Below, piece by piece: positions 18,881 to 28,661 of a DNA stretch of 64,000 nucleotides. This DNA comes from Candidatus Aminicenantes bacterium (GTDB lineage: Bacteria > Acidobacteriota > Aminicenantia > UBA2199), in the NCBI GenBank assembly GCA_029938635.1, contig JAOZUQ010000005.1, forward strand, positions 1,363 through 65,362, given 5' to 3'. The notes beneath the pieces were generated by a model, which saw nothing but the letters and a program-made list of their open reading frames with translations, was not told the DNA's origin and did no database searches. Position 1 is the stretch's first letter, and each line of letters begins with the position of its first letter. The translations under genes were made by a program, and so were the position numbers.

Positions 18881-20251
18881 TTATCCCTCTTCTATAAATT
18901 TTCGTACATCATTTTTAAAAACATCACCACGCTCTTCATAATTTTTAAACATGTCAAAGCTGGCACAGCCGGGAGCGAGGAGGACAGTCCCCCCGTTCCC
19001 GGCCAATACCTCATAGCCCTTTCTCAACGCTTCATCCAGGGTGTTAGCCCTGGTGAAAAATGTTTTTTCCGAATTTATTCCGGCTGCGATTGTCGCTGCC
19101 GCCTCTCCAATTAAAATGATTTTTTTAATTTTTCTATTTAAATATTCTTTCAGAACGGAAAAATCGCCGCCCTTATCCTTGCCCCCGAGAATCAATGCGA
19201 TATCATCTTCGATACCTGTAATAGATTTAAGGGTTGCTTCAACATTAGTTGCTTTTGAATCGTTTATGAATCTTACCCCTTTTTTTTCACCGCAGACCTC
19301 CATCCGGTGTGGCAGCCCTGTAAAACTCTTTAGTGCTTCCGACAGGTCACCCACAGATAATCCTGTTAACGAAACCGCCAGGAATGATGCCAGTATATTT
19401 TCAATATTGTGTGATCCTATAAGTGGATTCCCTTCAAGTGAGATTTCTTGTTCTTTCCCGTTTATCTTTAATGTAGCTTGATTATCAGTGAACCATCCTC
19501 CTTCATCAAAACCTGACTCTTTAACTGAGAACCAGATCTTCCTGAAGTTGCATTTATCCCGGCCATAGAAAGTTTTACGGAGGAAAAGATCATCATAATT
19601 AAGGATAACCGGATCATTCTCTGAAAGATTTTTTAGAATATTCAGTTTTGCTTCTCTGTATTCAGAGAGTGTAGGATAGCGATCAAGATGATCAGGAGTA
19701 ACATTCAGGATCATCGTTATTCCGGGCTTAAAATCTTCGATCTCTTCCAATTGAAAACTTGAAACTTCCAGGACAACTACACTTTTATCACTGATCCTGT
19801 TTACCTCCGAAATGAGCGGAACTCCTATGTTACCCGTGAGACGCGAATCAATTCCCGATCTGTCAAGAATATGGTGTATGAGGCAAACAGTTGTCGATTT
19901 CCCGTTAGTGCCGGTAACTGCTATGATCTCTGAATCGATCAATGATGAAGCAAATTCCATTTCAGATACTATTTTTACTCCCGATTCCCTTATTGGAAGA
20001 AATCTTTCATCCCTGCCGTTTACACCGGGGCTGAATATCACAAGATCAGATCCGGATAATTTTTTTATCCCCTCTTCCCCTGAAAGCAATTCCACACCCA
20101 TGTTGGCATATCCTGAAGGCAGCCTTTCCCGGTCAATATTTTTATCATCAAATATCATAATATCTGAAACACCGGGATCATCCAGGAGGAAAGAAAAAAG
20201 CCCCTCTCCTGTTCTCCCGAACCCTATGATGCCTACCTTTTTTCTATCCAT
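18881..20251 (-). CDS. murD: UDP-MurNAc-L-Ala--D-glutamate ligase
   Basis: TGTNGKST, EVSSFQLE, DHLDRY, NDSKATN, PGCASFDMF. Confidence 0.97.
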   Translation of the reverse strand: MDRKKVGIIGFGRTGEGLFSFLLDDPGVSDIMIFDDKNIDRERLPSGYANMGVELLSGEEGIKKLSGSDLVIFSPGVNGRDERFLPIRESGVKIVSEMEFASSLIDSEIIAVTGTNGKSTTVCLIHHILDRSGIDSRLTGNIGVPLISEVNRISDKSVVVLEVSSFQLEEIEDFKPGITMILNVTPDHLDRYPTLSEYREAKLNILKNLSENDPVILNYDDLFLRKTFYGRDKCNFRKIWFSVKESGFDEGGWFTDNQATLKINGKEQEISLEGNPLIGSHNIENILASFLAVSLTGLSVGDLSEALKSFTGLPHRMEVCGEKKGVRFINDSKATNVEATLKSITGIEDDIALILGGKDKGGDFSVLKEYLNRKIKKIILIGEAAATIAAGINSEKTFFTRANTLDEALRKGYEVLAGNGGTVLLAPGCASFDMFKNYEERGDVFKNDVRKFIEEG

Positions 20252-21632
20252 TTTTTATCTTTTTTATTGCATTTTCAAGCTTAATTCCCCTGGATGCTTT
20301 AAAAAGTAAAACACTGCTCTCCTTAATATTATTTCTAATAAATTCACCCGCTTCTTCTGAAGTTTTAAAAGTTTTTATATCCACTCCCGGGAATCCACCG
20401 GACTCTGCACCTTTTGCAAGCTGCTCAGATCTTTTTCCCACAGTTATTAACATTTCATAATTAAGCTCTGAGAAAAATTTCCCGGATTCGAAATGGTATT
20501 TGTTTTCTTCTTCGCCAAGTTCCAGCATATCTCCCAATACCGCAACCTTGGAATTATCAAACTCATCATTGACCCACTCAAGTGTTTTATGAAGTGCGAC
20601 AGGATTCGAATTATAGGTTTCATCTATTATCGTGAAATTCCCGGTGTTTTTTATCTCTCCACGTCCTGATACAGGTTCAATATTCTTTACGGCATCTGAT
20701 ATCTCAAAATTTTTCATCCCCGAGTATTGAGCGGCAATAATTGCAGCAAAAAGATTTTCGATCTGAACTTTATTTATCAGGTTAGTTTCGAACCTTGCTT
20801 CAATACCATAGAAATCAATAAAGAAGCTGCTTTTTTTCACACTTCTCTCAATACTTCTTAATATGATATCATTCGCTCCTTCAGACCTTCCGAAAAAAAC
20901 TTTTCTTCCCCTTTTAACTTTCACTTCATCTTTTAAAAACTCAGAATCTCCTGAAATAAATGATATCCCATCCGCATCCAGATAATTCAGAATCTCAGCT
21001 TTCCCTTTTGCTACATTCTTCAGGGTTTTGAGAAATTCCATATGTACCGGGAAAACATTCAGTATCAATGCAATATCCGGCCGTAGAATATCGGCCAGGA
21101 GATCGATCTCCCCGATTCCCGGATAGCTCATGGCCAATTCGAATATAGCAAAATCTTCATCTCCCCTGATCTTTAACATGGAGAAAGGTAATCCGATCCA
21201 ATTATTCCAATTCCGGTAAGATCTGAACACTTTATATTTAGTAGAAAGGATCTGCGAAACAAATTCCTTGGTTGTGGTTTTACCGGCACTTCCTGTAATT
21301 CCAATATATTTTATTTTCCTGAATTTACTCCTTACATTTGATGCAAGTTTATGTGCTGCTTTTAATGTGTCATCCACTACTAAAAGAGGAATTTTTATCC
21401 CTGACCTGTCAAAATCCTTATTAACAACTGCTGCTGCTCCCTTGAAATTATTCAGACCGGCAACAAATTTGTGCCCATCACCATTATCAGAACTTAGTGC
21501 AAAGAAAAGTGTATTCTCATTTTTTATATTACGGGTATCAAATTCAAATTCAGAGAAATACTCTTTTCCCTTAAAGTTAAAAGATTCTCCACCGGTAATT
21601 CTAAGGATCTCTTCAATTTTAAATTCAGACAC
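20244..21632 (-). CDS. murF: UDP-MurNAc-tripeptide--D-Ala-D-Ala ligase
   Basis: ITGSAGKTTTKE, DETYNSNP, LGDMLELG, KASRG. Start moved to GTG 21632 (SD GGAGG; overlaps murE end). Confidence 0.95.
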   Translation of the reverse strand: MSEFKIEEILRITGGESFNFKGKEYFSEFEFDTRNIKNENTLFFALSSDNGDGHKFVAGLNNFKGAAAVVNKDFDRSGIKIPLLVVDDTLKAAHKLASNVRSKFRKIKYIGITGSAGKTTTKEFVSQILSTKYKVFRSYRNWNNWIGLPFSMLKIRGDEDFAIFELAMSYPGIGEIDLLADILRPDIALILNVFPVHMEFLKTLKNVAKGKAEILNYLDADGISFISGDSEFLKDEVKVKRGRKVFFGRSEGANDIILRSIERSVKKSSFFIDFYGIEARFETNLINKVQIENLFAAIIAAQYSGMKNFEISDAVKNIEPVSGRGEIKNTGNFTIIDETYNSNPVALHKTLEWVNDEFDNSKVAVLGDMLELGEEENKYHFESGKFFSELNYEMLITVGKRSEQLAKGAESGGFPGVDIKTFKTSEEAGEFIRNNIKESSVLLFKASRGIKLENAIKKIKNG

Positions 21633-23085
21633 CTTTCGCCTCCATGAGTTTTGCAACAACTTCATAATCATCAAAATGGATCACTTCTTTTCCCAGGATC
21701 TGATAATCCTCATGCCCCTTGCCTGCAATAATAACGACATCCCCTTTCGCGGCAATATTTATTCCCGCAGCTATCCCCTTCTCTCTGTCCTTCTCTATCT
21801 GATAAGATTTGAATCCATGGGGGAACCCTGCAACGATCTGCTTAATTATTGCACCGGGATCCTCATCCCTGGGATTGTCACTGGTTACAATAACTTTATC
21901 CGCATGCTCAGCTGCAACTGCACCCATTCTCGGCCTTTTTGTTATATCTCTTGACCCGCCGGCTCCAAAAACAAGGATTATCTTTCTGAAATTTAATTCT
22001 TTCACACTCAGCAAAAGATTTTCGAGGGCATTATCTGTGTGAGCGTAATCTATAATGACAGTAAAATCATTCTCAAATACCGTATCAAGCCTCCCCTTCA
22101 CATTCTTGAATTCTTTCATAGCAGCTGCAATATCTTCGAAACCTATATCCCTTACAATTGCAGAAGCAACAGCTGCAAGGATATTCAACAGGTTTATCCT
22201 GCCGATCAGGCTGCTTTCTATCTGTATATCACCCGCGGGAGTTGAAACAAGAGCCTTAATACCCTTTGCGGTCAATTTGTAACTGACCGGTCTCACATCT
22301 GCTTCACTCGAAAATCCGTAGGTAATATACTTTGAATCTATTATTTCAATGATTGCTTTTCCCTTTTCATCATCAATATTTAGTATCGCCCATTTATCCG
22401 GGGTTAAAGATCTGAAGAGTAACAACTTTGAATCAAAATAATTTTCCATATTGTAGTGGAAATCAAGATGGTCCCCCGACAAATTTGTGAAGATAGCCTG
22501 AGAAAAGCCTATTCCCGTCACCCTGTCCAATTCAAGAGCAACTGATGATACTTCCATTATCAAATTTTCAAAATCACCGCTGCATTCCTCGGCAAGAAAT
22601 TTATATATATCATTTGCTTCAGGTGTTGTAAGAGAAGCTTTCCTTCCGTTCATCCCGCACCATGCACCAAGAGTACCGAACTTTACAGTCCTCATCTTTC
22701 TTCTAAAGATAGAATCGATCAGAGCAACCACCGTTGTCTTTCCATTTGTCCCGGTAACCCCTACAACATATTTATCCTTCAGAGGATCTCCATGAAAATT
22801 GAGGCTTATTGTTGCAAATGCTTTCCTGATATTTTTAAGGCGAACCCATGTTACTCCGGGATAATTACCAGCAGGGGATGTTTCAGATATCACAAGTATT
22901 GCACCTTTAGAAACTGCATCATCAATATATTTATTTCCATCATCCTTATATCCTGAGATGGCAATGAAACAATTCCCTTCATTTACCTGTCTGGAATCTT
23001 GAGTGATTCCGGTAATTTGAATATCCAGAGAGCCTCTCACCTCTATTGTCTCTATTCCTGCGAGGAGATTCCTTATATTACTCAT
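21625..23085 (-). CDS. murE: UDP-MurNAc-dipeptide--meso-DAP ligase
   Basis: TGTNGKTT, DHLDFH, DYAHT, DNPR (mDAP-specific motif), AGKGHE.YQ. Confidence 0.97.
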   Translation of the reverse strand: MSNIRNLLAGIETIEVRGSLDIQITGITQDSRQVNEGNCFIAISGYKDDGNKYIDDAVSKGAILVISETSPAGNYPGVTWVRLKNIRKAFATISLNFHGDPLKDKYVVGVTGTNGKTTVVALIDSIFRRKMRTVKFGTLGAWCGMNGRKASLTTPEANDIYKFLAEECSGDFENLIMEVSSVALELDRVTGIGFSQAIFTNLSGDHLDFHYNMENYFDSKLLLFRSLTPDKWAILNIDDEKGKAIIEIIDSKYITYGFSSEADVRPVSYKLTAKGIKALVSTPAGDIQIESSLIGRINLLNILAAVASAIVRDIGFEDIAAAMKEFKNVKGRLDTVFENDFTVIIDYAHTDNALENLLLSVKELNFRKIILVFGAGGSRDITKRPRMGAVAAEHADKVIVTSDNPRDEDPGAIIKQIVAGFPHGFKSYQIEKDREKGIAAGINIAAKGDVVIIAGKGHEDYQILGKEVIHFDDYEVVAKLMEAKGV

Positions 23086-24782
23086 ATCCTCACTCCTGGA
23101 AGTTTCTGATCTTCATAACCGATATTCTGACTCATGATCACTCTTTTTGATATTTCTTTAAACAATGGAGCAGCAACATCTCCTCCATAGAACAACCCTT
23201 TCGGTTCATCTATCACAATAAAAATCGTTATTTCCGGATCATCAACAGGGAAGAAACCACCGAAAGATGATACATAGAGTTTCCTGAACTTCCCCAATTT
23301 ATATTTCTTTGCTGTTCCCGTTTTTCCTGCCACTTTGAGATCGGCCAGGGTAGCTTTCTTTCCTGTGCCGATATCAACAACATCTACCATTATATCTGTC
23401 ACTAAAGAAGAAGTATTTTCGGATATTATCCGCTTCGGTTTGCTGTTTCTGAAAAGGACACCATCTATTGATTTTAAGATTTTCGGCTCTACAAGATAGC
23501 CGCCTGAAGCTATTACATTTAACGCCCTGATCATTTGAATCGGAGAAACATAAATTTCATAACCATGAGCAATATATGCAGAAGAGTACCTGTTCCACCT
23601 TTTTAACGGATTAACAATCCCTTTTTCAGCAGCAGGGAGTCTGATATCCGGCTCATTCCCGAAACCGAATTTTTTTATATAGTTATAATATCTTTTGTCT
23701 CCTAGCCTCATCCCGATTTGTGCTGCTCCGATATTGCTGGAATACACAATGATATCCCTGAAACTAAGGGTGGCGTATGGATGAACATCCTGAATTTTCA
23801 GATCATTCATTGAATATTCACCGTTGTAGCAATTGAATTTGTAGTCTACATCACACACTTTATTCTCAAGAGCTGAAGATGCCAATATGACTTTGAATGT
23901 CGAGCCCGGGTAATAAAGGAATGAGAGTGCATTGTTTCTCAGTACAGATTGCTTTGTATGACTGATATTTGATGGATCATATCCCGGGTAGCTGGTCATT
24001 GCCAGAAGAGAACCATCCTTCGAATTCATAACAATTACCGATCCACCTTTTGCATTATATTTTTTCACAACTTCTTCAAGTTTTTTCTCTACAAAATATT
24101 GGATTGGAAGATCTATTGTAAGGTGAAGGTTTTTCCCCGGAATCTCACTTTCAAGATATTCAAGACTGAATATCTGACTTCGCGCATCAAGTTGGGCATC
24201 AACTTTCCCCCCTTTTCCTTTAATGACCGCATCGAGTGAAAATTCTATTCCGGAAAGGCCCTGCTCATCGATCCCGACTCCGCCGAGGATGTGTGAAGCA
24301 ACCTTTTTCTGTGGATAGATCCTTTTATATTCATCGATAAATCCAATCCTTGAACTAAAACCTTCTTCATTTACTTTTTCAATTCTCAGGAACTCCTTTT
24401 CCGACAATTTTCTCTTTATCCAGATGAAATGCTTTCCTGCAGAGATCCTTTTTCTTATATTCAGGCGTTCCTTGTATGACAGAGAGATCTTTTTCCCAAT
24501 TTTTCCATAGAGTGTTCCGGATTCTCCCTTGTCCTTGTTTGAAATAAATGCTGATTTTGAAAGAACTGAAATGGCAAGAATGTCACCATGTTTATCATAA
24601 ATAGTGCCTCTTTTCGGATGGAGAGAGAAAATACGATTAGTCTGGTTCCTGATCTTCTGTGTATACTTCCCGTAATTAAAAACCTGAAGTTTTACAAGTA
24701 CACCAAGGATCAGGATCACCCAGGCCATGAAAGAGAAGAAAACAATTATTACTCTCTTCCTCTCCCCCCTGTTTATCTTCAT
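23082..24782 (-). CDS. ftsI: Class B penicillin-binding protein (FtsI/PBP3)
   Basis: RGTIYD, STFK (SxxK), SSN (SxN), KTGTA; follows ftsL. Confidence 0.92.
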   Translation of the reverse strand: MKINRGERKRVIIVFFSFMAWVILILGVLVKLQVFNYGKYTQKIRNQTNRIFSLHPKRGTIYDKHGDILAISVLSKSAFISNKDKGESGTLYGKIGKKISLSYKERLNIRKRISAGKHFIWIKRKLSEKEFLRIEKVNEEGFSSRIGFIDEYKRIYPQKKVASHILGGVGIDEQGLSGIEFSLDAVIKGKGGKVDAQLDARSQIFSLEYLESEIPGKNLHLTIDLPIQYFVEKKLEEVVKKYNAKGGSVIVMNSKDGSLLAMTSYPGYDPSNISHTKQSVLRNNALSFLYYPGSTFKVILASSALENKVCDVDYKFNCYNGEYSMNDLKIQDVHPYATLSFRDIIVYSSNIGAAQIGMRLGDKRYYNYIKKFGFGNEPDIRLPAAEKGIVNPLKRWNRYSSAYIAHGYEIYVSPIQMIRALNVIASGGYLVEPKILKSIDGVLFRNSKPKRIISENTSSLVTDIMVDVVDIGTGKKATLADLKVAGKTGTAKKYKLGKFRKLYVSSFGGFFPVDDPEITIFIVIDEPKGLFYGGDVAAPLFKEISKRVIMSQNIGYEDQKLPGVRI

Positions 24783-24783
24783 C

Positions 24784-25065
24784 TTATTCTCCGTAAATCT
24801 TTATGATCTGCCCTTTCTTCGGATAATCATATCCAAGCTTCTGAACAACAATTCGTTCAACCCTTCCAAGATCGAGCAGTATCGCTTTCTTTGCACTTAA
24901 CAGATCGATCGTTTCTTTAAGTTCTTTTTTTCTATTTTTCAGTCTTTGCTTTTCATAACCATAATCTGTATTCCTCAAGTTCAGGCTTGAGTAGGTGAAA
25001 AGGAGTGTAAACAATACAAATGCAGTTAGCGCTATAAGCTTTCCGTAGTTGCTCTTTTTTTTCAT
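24784..25065 (-). CDS. ftsL: Cell division protein FtsL
   Basis: Short TM plus coiled coil, RVERIVVQKLG..P; between rsmH and ftsI. Confidence 0.8.
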   Translation of the reverse strand: MKKKSNYGKLIALTAFVLFTLLFTYSSLNLRNTDYGYEKQRLKNRKKELKETIDLLSAKKAILLDLGRVERIVVQKLGYDYPKKGQIIKIYGE

Positions 25066-25943
25066 AATATTGCAACAGCCCTTAATTTTGCCGATCTTGA
25101 CGGGTTGTTCTCTCTGACCTCCTCATCTGACGGCTTCATCGGGAACGGTTTTATCAGTTCCACAATTCCTGAATTTTTCAACTTCCGGAACACCTCTTTG
25201 ATCATCCTGTCTTCCAGAGAATGGAAAGTCAGGAAAGCAATCCTTGCACCTTTTTTAAGACGTCCGGAGAGAGCTTCTACAAATTCACTTATACCTTCCA
25301 GCTCGTCATTGACATAGATTCTTAAAGCCTGAAACACCCTGGCAGCAGGATGTGTTCTCCCTCTCTTTGGCCTCCATCCGAAAAAATCTTCAGTGATCTT
25401 CCTTAATTGTTCTGATGTGTCAATTGCCCCAAAAAGCCTCCGCTCAATGATCCGTTTCGCAAAACCCTTTGCATTTCTGATCTCTCCATATTTTTCAAAG
25501 ATCTCTGAAAGTTCCTTTTCACTGAATTTATTTACAACCTCATGAGCAGAGATCCCTTTTCCGATCTCTTTTCTCATGTCAAGCCTGGAATTCTCTGAAT
25601 GAGAAAACCCTCTTCCGCCTGACTTAATCTGATATACCGAAAGACCTGGATCCACAAGGACACCCGATATTCTGTCCCATTCGACCCCTTCAATTTCGAA
25701 TACACTGGTAAACCGTGTCAGGATAAATCTGACTCTGTCCCCATATGAAGCCATGTTTGTTTTCGCCATTTCTATACTTTCACTATCAGCATCAATTGCA
25801 ATCAGTTCAGATCCGGGGAATTCATCCAGGATAAGCGATGCATGACCGCCCATCCCGACTGTACAGTCAAGAAAAAGATCTCCGTCCGAACCTCTCAGGA
25901 CAGAGATCACTTCATTATTCATCACCGGATAGTGGGAGTTCAT
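25062..25943 (-). CDS. rsmH: 16S rRNA m4C1402 methyltransferase
   Basis: HYPVM, DCTVGMGGH, FQALRIYVNDEL, FHSLEDR, NPSRSAKLR. Confidence 0.96.
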   Translation of the reverse strand: MNSHYPVMNNEVISVLRGSDGDLFLDCTVGMGGHASLILDEFPGSELIAIDADSESIEMAKTNMASYGDRVRFILTRFTSVFEIEGVEWDRISGVLVDPGLSVYQIKSGGRGFSHSENSRLDMRKEIGKGISAHEVVNKFSEKELSEIFEKYGEIRNAKGFAKRIIERRLFGAIDTSEQLRKITEDFFGWRPKRGRTHPAARVFQALRIYVNDELEGISEFVEALSGRLKKGARIAFLTFHSLEDRMIKEVFRKLKNSGIVELIKPFPMKPSDEEVRENNPSRSAKLRAVAIL

Positions 25944-26406
25944 TGTTCAACAACCTCGAAATCTCATCCATTTCACTATCTGAAAAGCTTTTTGAAGAAT
26001 ATTTTTCCTCAAATACTTCATTGTTCCAGATAGCTATATGATCGATCTGCCCTATAATGAGCACACTGTCCTTTAACTTGATCTTCTCTCTGAGATCGGG
26101 TGGGATTAAAATTCTCCCTTTAGGGTCAAGCTCCGACTCGGTTCCCCAATACCCCGTAACTCTTACAAAATCTTCAACTTTTCTCGTCCGCAATTGTATT
26201 TTCGCTATTTTTTGTTCTATAATCTCCCATATATGAAGTGGATAAAAAAGAATGTGGTCATCGTTTGCGGATGTGAGGTAAACCTCTCTTCCGAACTGGG
26301 TTTCCAGGATGGTTCTGTAGCGGGAAGGGACAATTATTCTGCCCCTGTCGTCTATTTTTAGGGTATAACTACCCCTGAATCGCCTGTTCATCCCATTTTG
26401 TCCCAT
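25915..26406 (-). CDS. mraZ: Transcriptional regulator MraZ
   Basis: FRGSY...IDDRGRIIVP and LDPKGRILIP repeats; true start may be ATG 26391 (MNRRFRG). Confidence 0.93.
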   Translation of the reverse strand: MGQNGMNRRFRGSYTLKIDDRGRIIVPSRYRTILETQFGREVYLTSANDDHILFYPLHIWEIIEQKIAKIQLRTRKVEDFVRVTGYWGTESELDPKGRILIPPDLREKIKLKDSVLIIGQIDHIAIWNNEVFEEKYSSKSFSDSEMDEISRLLNNELPLSGDE

Positions 26407-26415
26407 TTCTTCCCA
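26391..26415 (-). promoter_or_regulatory. MraZ operator: three TGGGA repeats with 10-bp period
   Basis: TCCCA on + strand at 26391, 26401, 26411, matching the known MraZ TGGG(A/G) repeat arrangement; upstream TTGACA (26448-26443), 18 bp, TAAGAT (26424-26419). Confidence 0.85.
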
Positions 26416-26507
26416 TTCATCTTAATATATATATACTTTAAATGTCAAGAAATTTCAAAAAAAAATCACTTTTTTTCAAATAAAAATAATTTTTTCAAAA
26501 AAAAGAG

Positions 26508-26559
26508 TTGACACACCATATGTAGTGTTTTAAAATTTTCTGGTAACTAGATATACCAG
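26508..26559 (+). promoter_or_regulatory. nrdJ sigma70 promoter with tandem NrdR boxes
   Basis: TTGACA(26508)-17bp-TAAAAT(26531); ACACCATATGTAGTGT (26513-26528) fits acaCwAtATaTwGtg; weaker TAACTAGATATACCAG 31 bp downstream (26544-26559). Confidence 0.8.
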
Positions 26560-26569
26560 GAGGAGATGG

Positions 26570-28654
26570 ATGGAAAATTTTTCAGAGAATGCCTTGAAAA
26601 TTCTACGGGCCAGATATTTCAAAAAAAATGCTGATGGGGAGCTGACAGAGAAAAAACCTTCCGACCTGTTCGAGCGGGTCTCAAAATATATAGCAAAAGC
26701 CGAAAAAAATGAAGATGACAGGAAATTCTGGGAGGATAAATTCTACAATTCCATGATGAACAGGGATTTCATGCCGAATTCTCCAACTCTTACAGGAGCG
26801 GATAGAGGAATGTGTCTCTCCGCCTGCTTTGTACTCCCGATCAAGGATTCACTTGAAAAGATCTTTGAAACAGTAAAAAATGCCGCCCTCGTTCACAAAG
26901 AAGGAGGTGGAACCGGATTTGACTTTTCACTTATAAGGCCTCAGGGTAGTTTTGTTAAAAAAACTCAGGGGATTGCCTCCGGGCCTGTTTCATTCCTTAA
27001 AGTAATAGATGCCGGCACTGAAGCTGTAAAACAGGGCGGGACAAGGCGTGGCGCCAACATGGGAGTTCTGAGAGTAGATCATCCCGATATCAAAGAATTT
27101 ATCACGATGAAAGATGACGGAAAAACAGCCCTGAACTTTAATATTTCCGTTGCAATTACAAATGATTTTATTGAAGCAGTTAAGAATAAAACAACTTATG
27201 ACCTGATCGATCCCAAGGACAATGAGGTCGTAGGGAAAATGTCCGCAACCGAAATAATGGAACTGATAGTGGATTCCGCCTGGAGGACAGGCGATCCGGG
27301 ACTGATATTCATTGATAAAGTGAATGAGTTGAATCCGACAAGAATGCAGGGGCCGATCAGAGCGACAAACCCCTGCGGAGAGCAGCCACTTCATGATTTT
27401 GAATCCTGTAATCTCGGATCCATTAATGTATCAAATTTTTTCTCACCTGATAAAGAGGATATGTTCGATTGGGAACGGTTTACAGAGATGATCCAGATGG
27501 GGATCAGGTTTCTGGATAATGTCATTGATGTTAACAAATACCCATTGAAAGAAATTGATAAAATAGCCAAAAGCAACCGGAGGATCGGACTGGGTATCAT
27601 GGGATTTGCAGATCTTCTTATCAAAAAAGAGCTCAGATATGATTCGGATGAGGCACTCGAATTCGGGAGAAAGATCGCAACTTTCCTAAGAAGTGAAGCG
27701 GAGAATGCATCAAGAGGCCTTGCGAAAGAAAGAGGTAACTTCCCGGGTATTGATCAATCGATATACAAAGGGAAACAGATGAGGAATGCAACAGTTCTTA
27801 CCATTGCCCCCACAGGAACAATCTCAAGGATAGCGGGCTGCTCATCCAGTATAGAGCCAGTATTTGCTTTTAAGATCATATCGAAGATCCTGGATAGTGA
27901 AATAAAGGATTTCCACCCGCTCTATCAGGAATGGGAAGAGAAACACGGAGATGAAGCGGTTCCTGAATATTTCATTTCAGCCTCTGAGATCTCACCTGAT
28001 AATCATATAAAAATGCAGGAAGTATTCCAGCTGAGTGTAGACAGTGCCGTTTCAAAAACAATCAATTTTGCAAACAATGCATCAAGAGAAGATATATCCG
28101 ATGCCTATATTATGGCATTCGGCATGGAAGTGAAGGGGATAACTGTATACAGGGACGGATGCCGTGCAATACAGGTGCTTAATAATATGGATAAAAAAGG
28201 CAATCCTGAGCCTCTCGGGAGGCCGGATTCACTCCCGTCAATGACTCATAAAGTTTCTACGGGACTGGGCAGGCTCTATATTACAATATCACACTTTAAT
28301 CATAAACCTTTTGAGGTTTTCTGTTCTATCGGTAAGAGCGGATATTCTACAATGGCAGATGCAGAAGCGATCGGAAGGCTTACATCACTGGCACTAAGAA
28401 GCGGCATCTCAGCTGAAGCGGTTGTGAGTCAGCTTAAAGGGATCGGTGGATCTGAACCGACCTTCCACAATGGAGCTTTGATCCAGTCCATCCCGGATGC
28501 AATAGCACAGGCTCTGGAAAAACATATTGGAGAGGTTATAACTAACAATCAGGATATGAACTCCATTACATGCCCGATGTGCGGAGCATCATTACCTGAT
28601 GAAAAGTGTCCGACCTGCCCGAATTGTGCATGGACAAAATGCGGCGGAACCTGA
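26570..28654 (+). CDS. nrdJ: Class II (B12-dependent) ribonucleotide reductase with TSCPD and Zn-ribbon C-terminus
   Basis: PNSPTL, SACFV, QGGTRRGANM, TNPCGEQ, TIAPTGTIS, KGITVYRDG, SIPDAIA, CPMC..CPTCPNC. Confidence 0.95.
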   Translation: MENFSENALKILRARYFKKNADGELTEKKPSDLFERVSKYIAKAEKNEDDRKFWEDKFYNSMMNRDFMPNSPTLTGADRGMCLSACFVLPIKDSLEKIFETVKNAALVHKEGGGTGFDFSLIRPQGSFVKKTQGIASGPVSFLKVIDAGTEAVKQGGTRRGANMGVLRVDHPDIKEFITMKDDGKTALNFNISVAITNDFIEAVKNKTTYDLIDPKDNEVVGKMSATEIMELIVDSAWRTGDPGLIFIDKVNELNPTRMQGPIRATNPCGEQPLHDFESCNLGSINVSNFFSPDKEDMFDWERFTEMIQMGIRFLDNVIDVNKYPLKEIDKIAKSNRRIGLGIMGFADLLIKKELRYDSDEALEFGRKIATFLRSEAENASRGLAKERGNFPGIDQSIYKGKQMRNATVLTIAPTGTISRIAGCSSSIEPVFAFKIISKILDSEIKDFHPLYQEWEEKHGDEAVPEYFISASEISPDNHIKMQEVFQLSVDSAVSKTINFANNASREDISDAYIMAFGMEVKGITVYRDGCRAIQVLNNMDKKGNPEPLGRPDSLPSMTHKVSTGLGRLYITISHFNHKPFEVFCSIGKSGYSTMADAEAIGRLTSLALRSGISAEAVVSQLKGIGGSEPTFHNGALIQSIPDAIAQALEKHIGEVITNNQDMNSITCPMCGASLPDEKCPTCPNCAWTKCGGT

Positions 28655-28656
28655 TT
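28605..28656 (+). repeat. 52-bp direct repeat, copy 1 (nrdJ 3' end including stop)
   Basis: AGTGTCCGACCTGCCCGAATTGTGCATGGACAAAATGCGGCGGAACCTGATT, identical to 36211-36262. Confidence 0.95.
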
Positions 28657-28661
28657 TGTTT

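Noticed and set aside
21268..21954. 228-aa plus-strand ORF and similar antisense ORFs across the dcw cluster
   Set aside because: Antisense to well-supported genes; no motifs.
26391..26415. Short periodic repeats as CRISPR or iterons
   Set aside because: Only 5-7 bp units with 10-bp period, explained as MraZ boxes; no repeat-spacer array or cas gene seen in the window.
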